This document shows, piece after piece, positions 49,360 to 60,195 of a stretch of DNA of 64,000 nucleotides. Under the pieces are notes generated by a model, which made no database searches, was not told the origin of the DNA, and saw only the letters and a program-made list of their open reading frames with translations. Within the stretch, counting starts at the first letter, position 1; each line of letters starts with the position of its first letter. Origin of the DNA: Candidatus Heimdallarchaeota archaeon (GTDB lineage Archaea; Asgardarchaeota; Heimdallarchaeia; Heimdallarchaeales; Heimdallarchaeaceae); the NCBI GenBank assembly GCA_030603365.1, contig JAUVXV010000012.1, positions 70,462 through 134,461 of the forward strand. Reading direction: 5' to 3'. Position numbers and translations under genes: made by a program.

Positions 49360-51162
49360 TCATTTTTTGGAAGCATTGGAATAGGTTAGAGGGATTATTG
49401 CCAAACAGAACAAGAGTAATATGAATAGTAGGTTAACTAGATTTGGGAATTCAGAGATAATAGGGGGAATCACGGGTTCATTTAGAGGGTAAAGATCATA
49501 CACTCCAGCAGAACCATCTATCAGATAAGGACCTACTCCTGAATAATCAGACCAAAAATTACCTTCTGATGTAGCTTCATCATACCAAATTGAATTTGTT
49601 CCATTATCACAAGCTTGTGATGTCCCACCTAGATTATTGTCTACAAATGCATTATGATGAATAATGTTATTTTCACCATAAATGATTAAACCATAACCAA
49701 CATTTTCTTGAAACAGGTTATAGCTATGAATACTATCATCTCCTGAAAAACTAATTCCAACATTGTTACCCTTACAGATATTTTCTTTTACTATTGAAGA
49801 AGTTGATCCCAGATACATTCCTACATCATTATTCATACATGTATTATTCTTTACTAGATTATCCTGAGTGGCATCAATTAAGATACCATAATAGAGATTG
49901 TTGTTACAAGTATTATTTGCGACGACTGAGTTACTGTAATCCAAATGATTGAATCCAAAACTATTACTATTACAAATATTATTTATCACTGTCAAATTAG
50001 AACATGATTTAGCAAAAGTCTTGAGAACAAAACCTACCCTGTTTCTATAGCAGACATTATCTGATAATGTGGAATTATCTGAATCAATAAGTTGAACTCC
50101 AAAGTGATAATTATCACACAAAGTGTTATCCTGGATTCTTGAACCGATTGAGTTTTCAGCTTCAACACCGATGCCATTAAAATTGCATGTGTTATTTTTT
50201 ATAATAGAATTAAGAGTATGGAATAAGTGGATACCCAGACCATTGAAATCAAGCAGGTTATTGATTGCTATGATATTCGAACAATTCAGTAAAGAAAGTC
50301 CTCTGGTAGTATTAAATAGTTGCTGATTGCTTATGCTAACATCATTGCAGTTAACCAGTATTAATTGTCCATAGATTGGTTCATCTATAGTAACTGAATC
50401 AAGGTTTGTAAAATACCCTAGACTTTTCCCATTAACTATGTTATCTTCAATAGTTAGTGTTAAGATAGAAGGAAGCATATCTACATAAAGAGACAAACCA
50501 CCAGTTGTAAAATTATTATTTGTAATTACAGAATAATCGGAACCAACTACGTCGATATAATCATTAATACAAGTATTGTTAGAAACTATAGATAAGGGAG
50601 AATCAACTATATCAACACCACCTCTGTAGTTTTTACATGTGTTATTAATTATTAAAGAAGAAATTGAGCCTGAAAGAACTATTCCATTATTATCATTGTT
50701 TATACATGTATTGTTGACTATAGTAGCATTTGGGGTACCAATAACAAGTATACCATACCTTCCATTATTAGAACAAATATTATTTGAAATTACCAGAGTA
50801 CCATCAGCTATATAATAAATCCGAATACCATCACCTTTTGCATTCACATAACAATTTTGAATTACTAAGTACTTTGTTGTACCTGTAACATATATCCCTT
50901 CATCACTGGTTGTTGTAATGTTGTATCCTTCAATGATATAAGGATCCTCATCTGTTCCTGTTCCTGGAAAGGCTTCTAGATCAGAATCAGAAGAAATGGA
51001 AATTGGAGCATGAGGGGTAAAAGAAAAACTAGTCTGAATATCAAACGAGTTTGTAGTAGTTTCAGCAGTGGTTATTGGTTGGTTGTTGATTCCTGAAAGA
51101 ACAATTACAATACCTAATAACCCTCCAATAAGGATTCTTAAGTTGTAGGATCTTCTCTTCAT
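49360..51162 (-). CDS. NosD/right-handed parallel beta-helix surface protein
   Basis: Many I.NN.C..N..GI repeats; GNFWSDY; ISEF plus TM tail. Confidence 0.88.
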   Translation of the reverse strand: MKRRSYNLRILIGGLLGIVIVLSGINNQPITTAETTTNSFDIQTSFSFTPHAPISISSDSDLEAFPGTGTDEDPYIIEGYNITTTSDEGIYVTGTTKYLVIQNCYVNAKGDGIRIYYIADGTLVISNNICSNNGRYGILVIGTPNATIVNNTCINNDNNGIVLSGSISSLIINNTCKNYRGGVDIVDSPLSIVSNNTCINDYIDVVGSDYSVITNNNFTTGGLSLYVDMLPSILTLTIEDNIVNGKSLGYFTNLDSVTIDEPIYGQLILVNCNDVSISNQQLFNTTRGLSLLNCSNIIAINNLLDFNGLGIHLFHTLNSIIKNNTCNFNGIGVEAENSIGSRIQDNTLCDNYHFGVQLIDSDNSTLSDNVCYRNRVGFVLKTFAKSCSNLTVINNICNSNSFGFNHLDYSNSVVANNTCNNNLYYGILIDATQDNLVKNNTCMNNDVGMYLGSTSSIVKENICKGNNVGISFSGDDSIHSYNLFQENVGYGLIIYGENNIIHHNAFVDNNLGGTSQACDNGTNSIWYDEATSEGNFWSDYSGVGPYLIDGSAGVYDLYPLNEPVIPPIISEFPNLVNLLFILLLFCLAIIPLTYSNASKK

Positions 51163-51348
51163 TTGCTTCCCTTTCCTTGAACTTTAAAAATTAGATTTTT
51201 TTGTATTTATATTTTTCCCCTCTCTTCTTTGAAATTAAATTCTTAGACGTTTAAAGATAGAGTTATCCTTTCAGCTTTCATCTTTTTGAAAAATGAATAA
51301 TCTCATCAAAAAAAGAAAAAAAAGATAAGAAGAAGTCCTTTAAAGAAC

Positions 51349-53835
51349 TTATTCTTTTAATTTTTGCTTCTTATTTGGAACATATAATGCTGTTACAAGT
51401 ATTGTGATGAACAATAGTCCTAAGCTGCTAGTTATAAGTTGAATTGAAGATTCATCTGTTATTAGATCATAGTCATAATCCACATTAATAGTGAAAATAT
51501 GATTACTTCTATCGCTCAAACCAGTTAATTCTACTTTCCAGCGCAGATCACCACCAGTATGGATGAATACATGTAATACATTTGGAGTAACTGCTTCCCA
51601 GTTAAGACCACCATCTGCAGAAAGATAATAGTCATCTGAACAAGAAACATGATCAAATATGTCTGTTGTAAGTGTTGCTTCTTTAACCACAATATCTGCA
51701 GTAGAGCTGATATTAGTTGATTGAGCAAATACTGTACCTGGTATATAAGTATCCCCGGCACTTTCAAAGTGTCGAAGAATAACTAAAGAACTCATGTTTG
51801 CTACATATGTATAGTCACCATAGGTTGAAATTTGTAAAGCTCCTGTAGCAGCTGTATATCGTGTTGCTGGGCTATTATTCAAATCAATTGCATTAATAAG
51901 ATAAACTCCATCAGAACCTGCAGCATTTAGAAGATAGGGACCGAAATTCCAGATTCCATTAGACCTAACATAAGTTGAATCTACTACGATATCTTTGAGA
52001 AATTGTACATTATAAGGATCTGTGATATCATATACAACCAACCAATTTCTATCTGCACCAAACGCTAAATCACCATCTACTTTGATATCATAGAAATAGC
52101 CTGTTGAAGGATAAGAATCAGTTATTTGTTGATTTGTTAAATCTAACGACTGGTGAATATAGAAGCTAGGAGCTATACCACCATTATCTTCCACTGTATA
52201 GACATGAGGACCTTGTACCCAAATCGAGGTTACATTTGTACCATAGTGTGGCTCATCAAGTTCATTTATCCAACTTAAAAGGTTAGGATGCGTTACATTA
52301 ATTACACCATATCCTCCCATCTGCCAAGAAAGGTAGACCAAATCACCTTGTACAAACACATCCAGTAATTGATTTCCAGCAATATATCCTTCTAGCAAGA
52401 TATTTTCAGGATCTTGAATATTATAGATGTAATAACCATCATTTGTTATTAGATGTGCAAAAGTTCCTTCAACATCAAGTTTACGGAAACTACCAACTGC
52501 AAGAGGTTTATGATCTAGAAGAATCGGATTATTAGGATCACTAACATCTAGTGTATAGAATCCATCTGATCCCCCTGCAACATATGCTATATCTCCAACT
52601 ACTCTTACATCCCAAGCTTGAAGTCCATTCCAAGCATTTCCGTAATAAGATTCAGAGAAATCAGTAATTCCATCACCTGCACAAATTCGAAAAGTGTGAA
52701 TTCCTTCGTCAGAAGCTACAACTAGAATGCCACCGTATAAGTCAACATCCCAAACATAAGGCATATTGTATTTTGTAACATAAGATATTTCATAGTGACT
52801 AGCTACATCCAAAACACACACTCCACCTGGACCATCTGCGACAAATAAAGTATTTCCTTGAAGTACCAATCTGATAGCAGAGCCATCAGTATCATACATT
52901 GCTCTGAGTTCAGGAAGTTCAGGATTACTAATATCTACTAAAGCAACTCCAGCTTCTCCACATGAAACATAAGCATAGTGTCCATCAAGAATAACATCTG
53001 TTGCATTTCCTGGGAGGCTCAAATAACCTATCTCTACATGAGAATATTTGCTTGAAACATTCAAGATATAAAGTCCATCAGTACTAGCAGCAATAAAAGC
53101 TAAATGTCCTTCTACTTCTAAACCTAGCGCTTTATTGGAGATCCAGCTTGCTGGTATTTCTACCAAATTGTCAGGATCTTCAGCATTAATCACTCTAAAT
53201 GATCTATCACTAACAGAATTATAGACTGTGTAATAGACCAGGTATCCTTCAGGGTCAATATCAGTAACTGCTCCATCTCGGGCAATACCACCAAGATATA
53301 CCCCACTTACTGCATCTAAAGCATAGGGATTGCTAATATTGTAAGGATTAAATGCAATACTTGCAAAATCTGTTCCTGAATATCCTACATCACCATCAAC
53401 TACAAATGTCAGAGTTCTAGATATAGAGTTTCTTTGACTCATGAGAAGAATATTGCTAGGATCATTTATATCATAACAGCCTATAGCATCGACTGAACTA
53501 ACAGCATCAAATTGACCAACATACACTCTTCTGCCTTGAACATCAACAGATCTTGCAGTAAATGTAGTATTATAGTAATCAAGTAATTCCCAAGAGAAAT
53601 CTCGTGTATTAGTCATAGTACCGGTTCCCCAACCCCAAGCTGTTGTACTAGGATCTTTATAGGCATCAGTTGTAAAATCTTCAAAATAAGAATCTGAGCC
53701 AGAGCAATCTATTTCATTCACAGAACTATCATCATCAATTAGTCCATGTACATTTGTGGATGAAGTGCTACTGGAAGCTATAAAAAGTACTAGTAGAACG
53801 CTTGTTATCAACATTTCTTTTTTTATAAATTTCAT
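51349..53835 (-). CDS. LVIVD-repeat surface protein
   Basis: Repeats V.G.YAYVA....G..I.DVS.P..P; signal peptide and C-terminal TM. Confidence 0.88.
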   Translation of the reverse strand: MKFIKKEMLITSVLLVLFIASSSTSSTNVHGLIDDDSSVNEIDCSGSDSYFEDFTTDAYKDPSTTAWGWGTGTMTNTRDFSWELLDYYNTTFTARSVDVQGRRVYVGQFDAVSSVDAIGCYDINDPSNILLMSQRNSISRTLTFVVDGDVGYSGTDFASIAFNPYNISNPYALDAVSGVYLGGIARDGAVTDIDPEGYLVYYTVYNSVSDRSFRVINAEDPDNLVEIPASWISNKALGLEVEGHLAFIAASTDGLYILNVSSKYSHVEIGYLSLPGNATDVILDGHYAYVSCGEAGVALVDISNPELPELRAMYDTDGSAIRLVLQGNTLFVADGPGGVCVLDVASHYEISYVTKYNMPYVWDVDLYGGILVVASDEGIHTFRICAGDGITDFSESYYGNAWNGLQAWDVRVVGDIAYVAGGSDGFYTLDVSDPNNPILLDHKPLAVGSFRKLDVEGTFAHLITNDGYYIYNIQDPENILLEGYIAGNQLLDVFVQGDLVYLSWQMGGYGVINVTHPNLLSWINELDEPHYGTNVTSIWVQGPHVYTVEDNGGIAPSFYIHQSLDLTNQQITDSYPSTGYFYDIKVDGDLAFGADRNWLVVYDITDPYNVQFLKDIVVDSTYVRSNGIWNFGPYLLNAAGSDGVYLINAIDLNNSPATRYTAATGALQISTYGDYTYVANMSSLVILRHFESAGDTYIPGTVFAQSTNISSTADIVVKEATLTTDIFDHVSCSDDYYLSADGGLNWEAVTPNVLHVFIHTGGDLRWKVELTGLSDRSNHIFTINVDYDYDLITDESSIQLITSSLGLLFITILVTALYVPNKKQKLKE

Positions 53836-54001
53836 TAATTTTCCTCGTAGAACGAATAATGTTCTAACTCATAATTATACGTATTGCAAATAAAAGGTTT
53901 TTTCATGTAATGCAGAACTACATTGTTCTGCTTGTAAGAGAACTATTCGGTAAATTTCGTATACATCTATGACCATTTACTTTCAAGAATAATGAAATAT
54001 A

Positions 54002-54223
54002 TTAATATCTATGAGATATTTCAATTCTCTCAGCACCTACTAGTAAAAGAAAGAAACTTGATAAACCAGCAAATATTATAAAGAAAATGAAAAGATCGTT
54101 ATTATGTAAGTAGTAACCAATAATTGTTAGAACAACACTAACTAAAATTAGCGAGGTTGTTATAAGTGTTAAACGTAGAATCTTTTTCTTCTCCTTTTCA
54201 TAGGTTTCATTTAAGTTAGACAT
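54002..54223 (-). CDS. Small two-TM membrane protein
   Basis: MSNLNETYEKEKKK followed by two hydrophobic helices. Confidence 0.5.
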   Translation of the reverse strand: MSNLNETYEKEKKKILRLTLITTSLILVSVVLTIIGYYLHNNDLFIFFIIFAGLSSFFLLLVGAERIEISHRY

Positions 54224-54839
54224 GAATATTCGAAAACAACAACAACTAGTTATTAATAACATTATCTACAAATAAATCTAAATAACAATAAGATTGCAAT
54301 TATTATTAGAAATACAGTTTAATAACTATAAAAGATTTAATGATATATATGACAGAAACTAAATTATTATAGGATTACTTAAGTAAGTATAGTTTTAAGA
54401 TTCTATGTATAAAGAAACAAATCAGTAAAGAAGTACTATGTGATGCTATTTAGATGCCTGCACTCCTTCTACCGGCAAATTTCAGTCTTATCTTTGTTCT
54501 GAGGAGAGAGAATATCAGGTATGCCTGTAAAAATTAAATACATAAAATCTTTGTAATCTATTTTTGATTGAATATACAACTCAAGGGTTTAAAAGAGAAA
54601 AAAATTGTAAAAGATAACGTTGATATTTCTTCAGAAATAAATCATGAAAAGCTAAAATTAGTATAAATATACACTTATACAAATCAAAAACCAGCTATAA
54701 TTACTGAGCAATACTTATAATTATTAAATAAAATATATAATTATTACAACATTGTTATTTTTATTTAAGGTTTTTTATAAATAATTTTAAAAGTGTTCAT
54801 TCAATAATATTGTCAGTTGATATTCAGGTGTTGTGAAAA

Positions 54840-54986
54840 GTGAACGAAGTAGAAAAATGTTGCATTTGTGGTTTTTTTACAAATCGCAAATTAGTCCATA
54901 CAGAAGAGGGGGAATGTTATTGCGTTGCTCACTATGTATATAAAATAGTAAACAACAAATTCGAAGAAGAGGATCAAAGGAGATAA
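54840..54986 (+). CDS. Unannotated 48-aa Zn-finger microprotein (half-LIM-like CxxC-x17-CxxH)
   Basis: GTG start 9 nt after AGGTG; MNEVEKCCICGFFTNRKLVHTEEGECYCVAHYVYKIVNNKFEEEDQRR*; ends 4 nt before the next gene. Confidence 0.6.
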   Translation: MNEVEKCCICGFFTNRKLVHTEEGECYCVAHYVYKIVNNKFEEEDQRR

Positions 54987-54990
54987 AAGC

Positions 54991-55506
54991 ATGAGTAAAT
55001 TCCAGTTTATGATAAATGGAGAACGCAGTCAATCATTTAATTTCCTTCTATCAGCGTTAGAGTATATGGCTAGTTATATCAAAACAGAACTAGATGAACA
55101 TGAAGAAAATCACAATCAATATGAACTTATATATGAAAATGACAACCAAACTAATTCGCTAGTAAGATTTCTAGAAAAAAAGGATTCTGTCAAAATCAAG
55201 GATTTTCACCCATTTTTGCAAAGAATTATGGAAAGAGGAATTTTCGATAAAGAAGGGTACTTACACGAAATCAACCACAGTTTGTTAATCTTAGATCAGT
55301 TAGAAAATAAGAAATATACTTCTATTAAAGGAAACGATAATTTCTTGGATTTGATAAAGTTTGTTGATATTACAGAGTTTAATCTAGTCTATTGCCAAAA
55401 TTGTAGAACAGTTCAACAATGTACAATAGAAGGATGTGATGATGCTATCTTTGTAACCTGTGATAACTGTAATCAAGTAATATTTGAAGCTTTTAGAAAA
55501 AAATAA
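54991..55506 (+). CDS. Hypothetical protein with C-terminal zinc ribbon
   Basis: CQNC...CDNC; SD AAGGAG. Confidence 0.7.
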   Translation: MSKFQFMINGERSQSFNFLLSALEYMASYIKTELDEHEENHNQYELIYENDNQTNSLVRFLEKKDSVKIKDFHPFLQRIMERGIFDKEGYLHEINHSLLILDQLENKKYTSIKGNDNFLDLIKFVDITEFNLVYCQNCRTVQQCTIEGCDDAIFVTCDNCNQVIFEAFRKK

Positions 55507-55589
55507 TTAGAAGCAACTTCAACACAGTTTAACCTCGCATATGACTAAAATGAAAAGTTATATTGTTCAATTACTCCTCCAGAAATTAC

Positions 55590-56545
55590 TTATTTAGTTA
55601 CTGGTTCATCTTCGGAGGCATTCTTCTTTTTGAAGAATCGAGCAATACTTTTTTTCTTAGTTACGCCCATTCCAAAAATAAATCTTAATACATTAAATTC
55701 TCTAATTAGAAGGAGTAGAGGAATTAATACAACAAAAGAAATTAGGAATATTAGCAAAAACTCACTTATAACAAGATATTCTAATTGTACGATGTAAAAA
55801 CCAACAACACTTACTACAACAAAGTGTATAATGTAAAATGGTAAAACTAATTCATTCAGAGTCTTCACAGCTTTACTTTTCTTGTTCAGATACTTGTTCG
55901 CTAAGTTTAGAATTACAATCAACCAACTCCAAGAAAAAATAACTCTAGATAAAGTAAACATAACTTCAACTGTTGAATAATCACTATTTATCCAAATAGA
56001 ATCAAAGTAGAAAATATTCATACAAATGAGTGCTGCTGAGAGCAATCCAAGAATTATAGCAAAGATGAAGTTTTTCTTCAATGCTTTTCTAAATTGCTTA
56101 TCATATGCAAACAAATAACCAAAAAGTAGGAAGAATATATACGTGAAAAAGTCCCATCCACCAAGTCGTGGTATAAAACTCAGAAAAAGACTATGTATAG
56201 CTTCCATAATGAAAATCGGTATAACTAGGAGGTAAATAGTACCAGGTTTTGTGAAGAAAGAAGCAATTTTAGAAAAACCTGATCTGAATTTCTCTTTTCT
56301 CAAATACACAAAAAGAGGTAATATCACTGAAGTAAAAATGAATAAGACAACTAAAAACCAAAGATGATGTCCAAAAACAGAGAAATTTCCATCAAATCCA
56401 TAAATTCCATTGAAGTAGGTAGGATAAAATGCAAAGAAGGACGTATGGAATGAAACAGAAAAACAAGCAATATTGCTATAATCCTTAACCAATCTATGTC
56501 ATATCTTCTTTCAAAAGTTCGATTTTCAGCCATAGTTTCAGACAT
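55590..56545 (-). pseudogene. Acyltransferase-3/OpgC-like gene broken by an internal deletion and frameshift near 56440
   Basis: N-terminus RRYDIDWLR...V..FHS.RP in one frame; G.HLWFL..LF and PFYI.H in another. Confidence 0.8.
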
Positions 56546-56819
56546 GAAATGACACTTGTGATGGAAAAAACATCAGAATATAAGTATTGTGTAGAAAAAT
56601 CTGCAATAGTCTTGCATCATGTTACATCTAGGTATTCTTGATTTTTTACATAAAAACATACTAAATTATATTTTGATTGATGAACTGTACAAAAAAGCAT
56701 AATGTAAATTTATCTTTATTATTAGGTTTGTATTTCTCTCCGACAATCAACCATTCAGCTGTTCAAAAGGTTATTAAATTATAAGTAAAATTAAAATAGT
56801 CCTATATTGTTCTCAATCT

Positions 56820-57776
56820 ATGACTGAAACGGCTATACAGATTCAAAACCTTACCAAAATTTATAGCACAAATAATCTAAAGGCTATAGATTCTTTAGAT
56901 TTAGCAATCTATAAAGGAGAGATATTTGGATTACTTGGCCCGAACGGTGCTGGGAAAACATCTCTTATACGCATGCTAGTAGGACTATTGAAATCTTCTT
57001 CAGGTCAGATTTTATTCGACGGAGATGAGCTGAATATAAATTCCTCAAGATTGAAACACCATATTGGTTATGTACCTCAAGAAGCTGCATTTTGGAAAAA
57101 TCTAACAGTATACGAAAATCTCAATGTAATTGGAACAACCTATAATATTCCAAGCAAAGAACTGAAAGAAAGAATCAATCATTTGCTAGAAGGCTTATAC
57201 TTAATTGATCAAAAGAAGAAGCTAGCATCTAAACTTTCGGGGGGTATGCAAAGAAGATTGAATTTAGCTATGGGGATGATTCATAATCCTCAAATCTTGT
57301 TTTTAGACGAAGTATTTGTTGGTTTAGATCCTCAAACACGAAATTATCTCTATGATTACTTGAGAGATTTTGCTTCTAAGGAAAATAAGACGATCATTAT
57401 TACGAGCCATCTCATGGAAATAGTTGACGCACTATCAGATAGAGTGGGAATACTTGATCTAGGTAAGATGCTAGCGGTTGACACTCCTGAGAACCTTAAG
57501 AACACCCATGGAAAAGGAGATATTCTAGAATTGGAAATCGATAAAGAATTTGATGAAGATTTACTCAACAAAATAGAGAAGTCAGTCAAAGATGTGTCTG
57601 TTGAGAAGAAAGACCAAGACATCTTCATTAAGACCTTAAATGCAATAGCGAAGATTCCCGAGATTCTTAATATTATTGAGGGAGAAGGATTAACAGTAAG
57701 TGATGTAAAACTAACTAAACAATCGCTTGAAACTGTTTTCATCAGTCTTACAGGAAAGGAATTAAGGGGTGATTAG
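56820..57776 (+). CDS. ABC-2 exporter ATP-binding protein
   Basis: GPNGAGKT, GYVPQ, LSGGMQRR, LFLDE, TSH. Confidence 0.95.
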   Translation: MTETAIQIQNLTKIYSTNNLKAIDSLDLAIYKGEIFGLLGPNGAGKTSLIRMLVGLLKSSSGQILFDGDELNINSSRLKHHIGYVPQEAAFWKNLTVYENLNVIGTTYNIPSKELKERINHLLEGLYLIDQKKKLASKLSGGMQRRLNLAMGMIHNPQILFLDEVFVGLDPQTRNYLYDYLRDFASKENKTIIITSHLMEIVDALSDRVGILDLGKMLAVDTPENLKNTHGKGDILELEIDKEFDEDLLNKIEKSVKDVSVEKKDQDIFIKTLNAIAKIPEILNIIEGEGLTVSDVKLTKQSLETVFISLTGKELRGD

Positions 57777-57777
57777 A

Positions 57778-59049
57778 ATGAAAGATAAAGATAATTTTAA
57801 AAACAAATTGGCTTCTTTAACAAAAAATATTGGATATGAATTTAGAACAACTTTCACAATCAGTATAAAATATCTAAAAGAAATATTCCGATCAAAGCTT
57901 TTCCTAATAATTGCTATAATGTTACCTGCTGTGCTAATGATTTTTATGGGAGTAATCTTTGGAGGTCCAATATCTGCAGTCCAATCGTACAACATTCTAG
58001 TCATCAATGAGGATATTGGGTATACAAACGATACTACTACCTATCAATTTGGAGAATCTCTCATTAATACTTTAGGAAATGTTACTTATCCTCTCGAAGA
58101 GGGAGAGGTTCCAATGAATATTTTCTATATATTTGAAACTGACGTATATAACCAGTCAACTGAAGATTTTCTAATCTACGAAGAACATGGTTTACATCTA
58201 ACATTGATTATTCCTGAAAATTTTAGCGAAGTGGTTTTCAATTTTGACAATGATGTAAGAGTTACAGTAGTTGGTGATCCTTTAACAGGAGTCTATCAAA
58301 ACTCAGTTTCGACTTTCACAACTATATACAATGAATTCGTAGATGCAGTCAGATTTAGTTTGGGGGATGATACAGGTCAGAGTGTGATTGAAGAACATCA
58401 TATCGGTATAGTTGGAAATACCACAGTTTTTGACCTAATGGTTCCAGGTTTCGTTATAATTGGTATTGTAATGAACATTGTATTTGTGTCTACTATCTTA
58501 ACAGAAGAGTATGAACTAAAAACATTAGAAAAACTGCAGCTCACTCCAATGAGAACAATTCATTTGATTGGAGGATTATCCCTTACACAGCTTTTCGTTG
58601 CTCTTGTTCAGATTATTGTTTTATTTGCACTATCTCTAGCATTTGGATATAATGCAATAGGTTCGTATGTTTTAGCAGGAGTGATAGTTTGGATAATGTC
58701 TCTGTCTATGTCAGCAATAGGAATGATGATCGCTGCATTTTCTAAGAAAGGGACGATTGCTAGTTCTATATCAAGTGTAGTTGCTATACCGTTATACATG
58801 ATTACATTCTTTCCAGTATGGGGAATAGAAACAATCCCAATGTTTCAAATAAATGGAAATGTATTCGGGGTGTTTGATATACTTCCAACAAATCTAGCAA
58901 CTAGAATGGTTAATCAGGTTATGATTTATGGTCAAACACTTTCTGACTTGACTTTTGAATTTGTATCGCTCATAATAGTAACAGTAATTTACTTGGCAAT
59001 TGGATTAGTTCTAGTATCAATATTCAAACTTAGACCAAAGAAAGAATAA
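57778..59049 (+). CDS. ABC-2 exporter permease
   Basis: TM1, extracellular loop, five further TMs; E.E.KTL..L..TP. Confidence 0.9.
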   Translation: MKDKDNFKNKLASLTKNIGYEFRTTFTISIKYLKEIFRSKLFLIIAIMLPAVLMIFMGVIFGGPISAVQSYNILVINEDIGYTNDTTTYQFGESLINTLGNVTYPLEEGEVPMNIFYIFETDVYNQSTEDFLIYEEHGLHLTLIIPENFSEVVFNFDNDVRVTVVGDPLTGVYQNSVSTFTTIYNEFVDAVRFSLGDDTGQSVIEEHHIGIVGNTTVFDLMVPGFVIIGIVMNIVFVSTILTEEYELKTLEKLQLTPMRTIHLIGGLSLTQLFVALVQIIVLFALSLAFGYNAIGSYVLAGVIVWIMSLSMSAIGMMIAAFSKKGTIASSISSVVAIPLYMITFFPVWGIETIPMFQINGNVFGVFDILPTNLATRMVNQVMIYGQTLSDLTFEFVSLIIVTVIYLAIGLVLVSIFKLRPKKE

Positions 59050-59146
59050 TCCTTTCTTTTTTCTCTATTTTTAAGACATTGAAATTCTGGATTACATTTT
59101 AATATCGTTATTGACACTAAGATATTAGGAAAAAAAGTGATATTAT

Positions 59147-60151
59147 ATGAAAGCGATTGTATATGAAAAATACGGACCACCTGAAGTTCTGGATGTAAAA
59201 GAAGTTGAAAAACCAACTCCGAAAGACAATGAATTGCTGATAAAAGTACATGCAGTACATGTAAATTTTGGGGATATTATTGCTAGAAATATGGGAAACG
59301 TCTCCCCTCGCAAGTTCCACATGCCTTTCTTATTCTGGTTGATTGCAAAATCATTTTTTGGTTTTAGAAAACCTAAAGTAAAAATCCTAGGAAATGAGTT
59401 TGCAGGGAAAATTGAATCAGTAGGCAAAGATGTTGAACAATTTAATGCAGGAGACGAAGTTTTTGGATATGTTGGTATGAATATGGGCGCATATGCTGAG
59501 TATCTATGTGTTCCTGAAAAAGGCACAGTAGCACTGAAACCTACCAATATGAGTTATGAAGAAGCTTCTACCGTTTCTGGTAATTCTATGACTGCTCGGA
59601 ATATTATGAGTAAAGTAGACATTCAGAGTGGACAAAAAGTACTCATCAATGGAGCTTCTGGAGGGATAGGAAGTATTGCATTACAGATTGCCAAAAACTC
59701 CGGAGCAGAAGTTACAGGAGTATGTGGTACACCAAGATTGGAAATGGTAAAAGCTCTTGGAGCGGACAAAGTGATTGATTACACTAAAGAGGATTTTACA
59801 CAAAGCGGAGAAACATATGATCTTATTTTCGATGTACTAGGTAAGAGTTCATTTTCACGTAGTAAAAAAGTGCTAAATAAAAAAGGAATTTATCTTTTAG
59901 CCAACTTTAAGTCTAAACAGCTGCTGCAAATGTTGAGGACTAAGATAATAGGTAGGAAGAAAGTAAAATGTGCTTTATCAATTGAAGAAGATATAGATGC
60001 TATCAAAGAGCTAGTTGAAGCGGGGAAGATTAAATCGTTCATAGATAGAAGTTTTCCTATGGAACAAGCTGCTGAGGCTCATGACTATGTAGAAAAAGGG
60101 CTTAAGAAAGGATATGTTGTAATAACTTTTAACAATGAAGGCAAAAACTAA
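59147..60151 (+). CDS. NAD(P)-dependent MDR alcohol dehydrogenase/quinone reductase-like (copy 1)
   Basis: [31 protein letters not shown]. Confidence 0.92.
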   Translation: MKAIVYEKYGPPEVLDVKEVEKPTPKDNELLIKVHAVHVNFGDIIARNMGNVSPRKFHMPFLFWLIAKSFFGFRKPKVKILGNEFAGKIESVGKDVEQFNAGDEVFGYVGMNMGAYAEYLCVPEKGTVALKPTNMSYEEASTVSGNSMTARNIMSKVDIQSGQKVLINGASGGIGSIALQIAKNSGAEVTGVCGTPRLEMVKALGADKVIDYTKEDFTQSGETYDLIFDVLGKSSFSRSKKVLNKKGIYLLANFKSKQLLQMLRTKIIGRKKVKCALSIEEDIDAIKELVEAGKIKSFIDRSFPMEQAAEAHDYVEKGLKKGYVVITFNNEGKN

Positions 60152-60195
60152 CAATCCTGAGTAATACTTAAATCATCTACATTGAATGTTTTCTC

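Noticed and set aside
54498-54530. Hammerhead ribozyme (CTGAGGA core)
   Set aside because: No stem II followed by GAAA
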